DNA of 64,000 nucleotides from Candidatus Latescibacterota bacterium. GTDB taxonomy: Bacteria; Latescibacterota; UBA2968; GCA-2709665. This document shows, piece by piece, positions 59,682 to 64,000 of the stretch (positions are counted from its first letter, which is position 1; each line of letters starts with the position of its first letter). Under the pieces are notes generated by a model. It was not told where the DNA came from. It did not search any database and saw only the letters and a program-made list of their open reading frames with translations. Location of the stretch: assembly GCA_965222075.1 (NCBI GenBank), contig OZ244937.1:2144001-2208000 (forward strand), in the 5' to 3' direction. Both the position numbers and the translations under genes were made by a program.

Positions 59682-60863
59682 ATGGACGAAATCCGCATCG
59701 GCATCGCCGGGCTGGGCCACCGCGGCCTGGGCTGGATCAGGTTGTTACAAAAGGTCCCGGGCTACCGCATCACCGCCGTCTACGACTGGATCGAGCCCCT
59801 GCAGGAGCGGGCCCTGTCGGCGATCCAGAACCGCGACAACGTCAAAACCTTCAGCAACTACGAGGACTTCCTGGCCTGGGAGGGCATCGACGCCGTCGGC
59901 CTCTGCGTGCGCCGTCCGGACCAGGGGGCGATGGCCGCGCAGGCCCTGGAGGCGGGTAAACACGTCAACGCCGAGGTCCCCGCCGCGCACACCCTGGAGG
60001 ACTGCTGGCGGATCGTCACCGCCGCAGAGCGCACCGGCCTGGTCTACCAGCTCGGCGAACAGGCGCGATACTGGGGGTTTGTCGAGGCCTGGCGGGACCT
60101 GGTGGCGGAGGGACGCCTCGGACGCGTGACCTATTGCGAGGGGCAGTACATCGGCTACTACGGCACGCGCCAGTTCTTCCAGGACACGGATACGGGGCGC
60201 TTCTACAGCATCGAAGACCTCCCCGCGCACCCGGAAGCGGAACCGACCTGGCTGCACAGCATGCCCCCTATCCACTACCTCCCCCACGAGCTCAGCCCCA
60301 TGCTCAAGGTCCTGGACGACCGCGTCGTCGAGGTCACCGCCATGAGCACGGCCAGCCCCAGCTACTCGCACCCGGAAATCGGCCAGCCCGACATCCAGAT
60401 CGCGTTGATGAAAACCGAAAAAGACGCCATCCTGCGCATGGCCACCGGCTTTACGCAGAAGATCCCCAGCCGCCGGGGCCACCACTGGTACCAGATCATC
60501 GGCACCCGCGGCTGCATAGAGTGGAAACGGTCGGAAAAGGGCCGTCCCCTGATGTGGCGGGCAGACGCGCAGATGCACGACCTGGCCGAAGTCGACTGGC
60601 GCTTCGAGCGCACGGACGCCCCCGCAGGGGCCCGCAGCAGCGGCCACGGCGATGCGGACTACTACGTCCATGCCGCCTTCCGGGATGCCGTACGCGACAC
60701 CAAACCCCTGGAATTCGACGTCTACCGGGCAATCGAAACCGCGGCCCCCGCGATCCTGGCCGCCGAATCGATTGCCCGGCGGACCTGGCTCACGGTGCCC
60801 GATTTCCGGCCAGGCGAGGCGCGACCGCCCGGAAGGATGGATGATGGCAGACCCCACACATAA
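59682..60863 (+). CDS. Gfo/Idh/MocA family oxidoreductase
   Basis: GIAGLG.RG, ALEAGKHV.AEVP and GHG..D motifs. Confidence 0.85.
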   Translation: MDEIRIGIAGLGHRGLGWIRLLQKVPGYRITAVYDWIEPLQERALSAIQNRDNVKTFSNYEDFLAWEGIDAVGLCVRRPDQGAMAAQALEAGKHVNAEVPAAHTLEDCWRIVTAAERTGLVYQLGEQARYWGFVEAWRDLVAEGRLGRVTYCEGQYIGYYGTRQFFQDTDTGRFYSIEDLPAHPEAEPTWLHSMPPIHYLPHELSPMLKVLDDRVVEVTAMSTASPSYSHPEIGQPDIQIALMKTEKDAILRMATGFTQKIPSRRGHHWYQIIGTRGCIEWKRSEKGRPLMWRADAQMHDLAEVDWRFERTDAPAGARSSGHGDADYYVHAAFRDAVRDTKPLEFDVYRAIETAAPAILAAESIARRTWLTVPDFRPGEARPPGRMDDGRPHT

Positions 60864-62262
60864 GAAGAGCCTCCTGAGACTCGGCGCCTGTATTCTTTTA
60901 GCGGTTATACTCTGGATGATGCCGGTGCCTCAGGGATTGTCTTCCAAAGGCTGGCAGATCTTTTCGGTGTTTATCTCTGTGATTGTAAGTTTTGTCCTGC
61001 GCCCTTATCCTATGGGACCTATGGTCTTGTTCGGGCTGGTCGCATTGATGGTGAGCAAGACGCTTACGGCTCCCGAAGCGCTTTCAGGCTACGGAGATAC
61101 CACAGTCTGGTTGGTCGTCGCCGCTTTTCTGATCGCCGGTGGAGTTGTGCACACAGGATTTGGCCGCCGGTTGGCTTTAACGCTCGTAAGTTGGCTTGGC
61201 AAGTCCACCCTGGGGCTGGGGTATTCACTGTGTGGCGCCGAGTTGCTGCTGGGACCGGTCGTGCCCTCCAACACCGCCCGGGGTGGAGGAATCCTGGCGC
61301 CGATTATGAATTCGCTGGCTCACGCGCTGGACTCCCGTCCAAATCAAAACCCCGAGCGAGCCGGGCAGTATCTGGCTCTGGTTGGGGCGCATGCCAATCT
61401 GATTACAGCCGCGATGTTTCTGACCGGAATGGCCGCCAACCCGCTGGTCGCCAAAGCAGCAAGAGATTTGTTTGACATTGATTTTGGCTGGGGGGACTGG
61501 GCACTCGGCGCAGTGGTACCCGGACTCATAGGCCTCGGTCTGCTTCCACTTTTTATCTACTACCTGGGTAAGCCTGCACTGGAGGACACACGTGCGGCCC
61601 AGGAAACGGCGCAGGAAGAACTCCGGAAAATGGGCCCCTGGAAATCGGGCGAAAAGGTGATGAGTGTGGTCTTCATCGTACTGATTGCGTTATGGTCTAC
61701 AAAGGCGCTCCACGGCCTGAGCAACACCCTGGTTGCCTGGATAGGCGTCAGCCTGCTGCTTCTAACCAGGACCGAGAAATGGGAGGCCGTCAAAGGGAAT
61801 GATCAGGCGTGGGACACACTCGTATGGCTTGGCGGTCTGCTGACGATGGCGAATAGCCTTAAAGACTACGGATTTATCGACTGGTTTGCAGCCAGCACGC
61901 GGGCATGGGTAGATGGCTTTGATGGGATCACGGTTATTCTTCTCCTCGCCCTGGTTTATTTCTATTCTATGTACTGTTTTTCCATGCTCACCGCTCATAT
62001 TTCTGCTATGGTCGCTGCCTTTTTTGCAGTGGCCCTGGGCGCAGGCGCGCCGGCAATGCTAACCATTGCCATCCTCGCTTACTTTTCCAACCTGTGTGCG
62101 TGTACAACCAACTACTCCACCGGACCGGTGATTATCTACTTCGGACTGGGGTATGTATCACCGCATCAATGGTTTGCCAAAGGGTTCCTGGTATCACTTT
62201 TTCATCTTGCTATCTGGTTTGGCACAGGATTGATCTGGTGGAGGATGTTGGGATGGTGGTAA
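60841..62262 (+). CDS. DASS-family dicarboxylate transporter (CitT/DiT-like)
   Basis: WLV..AF, TG.GRR, PSNTAR.GG, FLTGMA.NP and T.Y..G motifs. Confidence 0.9.
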   Translation: MMADPTHKKSLLRLGACILLAVILWMMPVPQGLSSKGWQIFSVFISVIVSFVLRPYPMGPMVLFGLVALMVSKTLTAPEALSGYGDTTVWLVVAAFLIAGGVVHTGFGRRLALTLVSWLGKSTLGLGYSLCGAELLLGPVVPSNTARGGGILAPIMNSLAHALDSRPNQNPERAGQYLALVGAHANLITAAMFLTGMAANPLVAKAARDLFDIDFGWGDWALGAVVPGLIGLGLLPLFIYYLGKPALEDTRAAQETAQEELRKMGPWKSGEKVMSVVFIVLIALWSTKALHGLSNTLVAWIGVSLLLLTRTEKWEAVKGNDQAWDTLVWLGGLLTMANSLKDYGFIDWFAASTRAWVDGFDGITVILLLALVYFYSMYCFSMLTAHISAMVAAFFAVALGAGAPAMLTIAILAYFSNLCACTTNYSTGPVIIYFGLGYVSPHQWFAKGFLVSLFHLAIWFGTGLIWWRMLGWW

Positions 62263-62304
62263 ATCCTTATCCCCCGCTCACAGGAGAGTTTGTGACACCT
62301 TCCG

Positions 62305-64000
62305 TCAAAACTCATTCACCATCCGCACGTGCACCTTCCCCTGTGCCGGGCTGTCCCCCTTCGTCAACCCGTAGTCCAGTCCGATCATCCCCAGCCGGGA
62401 CACCGCTCTTAGCCCCACGCCATAGCCGATTGGAAACAGATGCCCTCCGTCGACCTCCGGATCGTCCAGATAGCCCAGATCGAAGAACAGAAACGCCCGC
62501 GACCGGCGCCCCAGCAGCATCCGCCACTCTAAATTGGCCCAGGCCGCCTGCGCCGCCAGAAATACCTCCTCCCGGTGCCCCCGAATCGTGGTCGTCCCCC
62601 CCAGCCGCAGACGCGCGTCGGGGGCAACCCGGTCCCCCTCTTTCACCCCGGCGTTGTGGAGGCCGACGGCCAGCACAGACCGTTTTCCCAGCGGCAGAAA
62701 ATGCGTCAGATCCAACGCATACTGCCGACGGACCTGTCCCCTGCCGCCCCGAAGCGCCCGGCCGTAGCTGAACCGGCCCCGGTATAAAAGCCCCGACCTC
62801 GGGTTCCACCGATTGTCCCTGCGGTCGTACTGCATGCCCCCTTCCAGCGCCCAGGTTCGGCTCTGGAAAAACCGTCCGAGGCCGCTCGAATCGGGCCGTA
62901 CGCCCCCCCTCCGGAACCCGACGCGTACCCCCAGGTCCGGTGAGAGAGCCAACACCAGGCCGGCCCCAACGCTGTTTTCCACGTACCCCGGGCGCTGCCG
63001 CACCATCAAGTCTACTTCTGCCGAAAGGGGATGCCCCAGCACCCAGAGCTCCCGGTAGCGCAGGTTCAGATCCGACGCGGCCGGTCCCTGGCGTCCCCAC
63101 GAGACGTGGCCGCCCCTGCCTGTACCCAGTAAATTGTCGAAATCCAGCGTAAACGTCCCCGTCAGCGCATGCGTCAGCCCCCCCGGGCCCGGCGCGTAGC
63201 TCAGCCCCCCTTCAACCCGGGTGGCGCTCGCCTCCCGCACGGCAACCACCAGAGCCCAGCGGCCCGTGTTCCCTTCCTGCTCTAAGGTTGCCCCCCTCAC
63301 CTCCAAGAGGAAGGGAAGCCGCCGCAGGGCCTGCAGCGCCCGGTCCACGCGCCGCTGGTCGTACGGCTCTCCCGGCGCAAGTCGCATCTCCCGCAGAAGC
63401 ACCCCTGCTCGTGTCACCCGGTTGCCCGTAAAACGGATCGTATCGACCCGGACAAAAGGCCCCTCCTCAATCGCTACCCGAACCTGCGCCAGATCCTTTC
63501 CCGGTTCGATCCCCACCTCGGGCCGTAGTGCGGCATAGGGATAGCCCCGGTTCTCGTAGACCCGGAGCAGGGCATCCATATCGGCCTCCAGGTGCCGGCT
63601 GACCAGAGGCGTCCCCGGCCGGGAGGCCATCGCCTCCAACAAAGCGTCCAGCGCGATCTGCCGGTTGCCGGTCACCTCGACCGACGCGACCCGCGTGAGC
63701 CGTCCCTCCTCAACCCGGAAGCGGACCGAAGCGCCCTTCTCCGAAAGCCCGACCTCCGGAGGCGCTACGGCCGCCTGCCAGTACCCGGCATCCCGGTACC
63801 CCTCCAGAATACGGCGGAGGTCCTGCCGCAGCAGCAGGCTGTCCAGAGAGATCCCGGCCCGCGTCACCAGCCATCCCCGCACCCGGTCCTCCGACATCCG
63901 GCGTACCCCCTCAACCCGCACCCGCCGCACGATCGGACGTTCCGCTCCCTGTAGAACGCCCAAAAGCCCAAATGTCAACAGCAAACTGACCAGAACATAA
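62305..64000 (-). CDS. BamA/TamA (Omp85) family outer-membrane protein with POTRA domains; start lies at or beyond the window end
   Basis: POTRA-like V.EG....V..I...GN repeats, LGG..TIRG motif, C-terminal Phe. Confidence 0.85.
   Translation of the reverse strand, partial: YVLVSLLLTFGLLGVLQGAERPIVRRVRVEGVRRMSEDRVRGWLVTRAGISLDSLLLRQDLRRILEGYRDAGYWQAAVAPPEVGLSEKGASVRFRVEEGRLTRVASVEVTGNRQIALDALLEAMASRPGTPLVSRHLEADMDALLRVYENRGYPYAALRPEVGIEPGKDLAQVRVAIEEGPFVRVDTIRFTGNRVTRAGVLLREMRLAPGEPYDQRRVDRALQALRRLPFLLEVRGATLEQEGNTGRWALVVAVREASATRVEGGLSYAPGPGGLTHALTGTFTLDFDNLLGTGRGGHVSWGRQGPAASDLNLRYRELWVLGHPLSAEVDLMVRQRPGYVENSVGAGLVLALSPDLGVRVGFRRGGVRPDSSGLGRFFQSRTWALEGGMQYDRRDNRWNPRSGLLYRGRFSYGRALRGGRGQVRRQYALDLTHFLPLGKRSVLAVGLHNAGVKEGDRVAPDARLRLGGTTTIRGHREEVFLAAQAAWANLEWRMLLGRRSRAFLFFDLGYLDDPEVDGGHLFPIGYGVGLRAVSRLGMIGLDYGLTKGDSPAQGKVHVRMVNEF

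Overview
GC-rich bacterial chromosome segment. Three secreted proteins carry twin 'DFDGDG.V.FSDFV.FA..FG' EF-hand/dockerin-like tags, which suggests a Latescibacterota-like organism (inference). Housekeeping and metabolic blocks (thrC, hrcA-grpE-dnaJ-prmA without dnaK, glnA, guaA, gdh, a MaoC/CitE/CoA-transferase operon, BamA-like) alternate with two accessory regions. Region 1 (about 11.9-21.3 kb) holds a promoter- and terminator-bounded candidate sRNA, an intact IS1182-like element with a 6-bp TSD, a lipoprotein whose C-terminal FGE/C-type-lectin tail looks like a DGR variable repeat (no TR or RT in the window), and a GH12 + AAA-ATPase pair between 48-bp direct repeats. Region 2 (about 43.6-54.5 kb) is a mosaic defence island with two ~94%-identical GmrSD-like genes, a type III Res gene whose Mod partner survives only as 3' tails, many intact or broken toxin-antitoxin modules, and several short duplications of gene ends, including a circularly permuted junction. 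No rRNA, tRNA, CRISPR array, integrase or reverse transcriptase was seen. All family calls are by motif recognition only; no database search was run.
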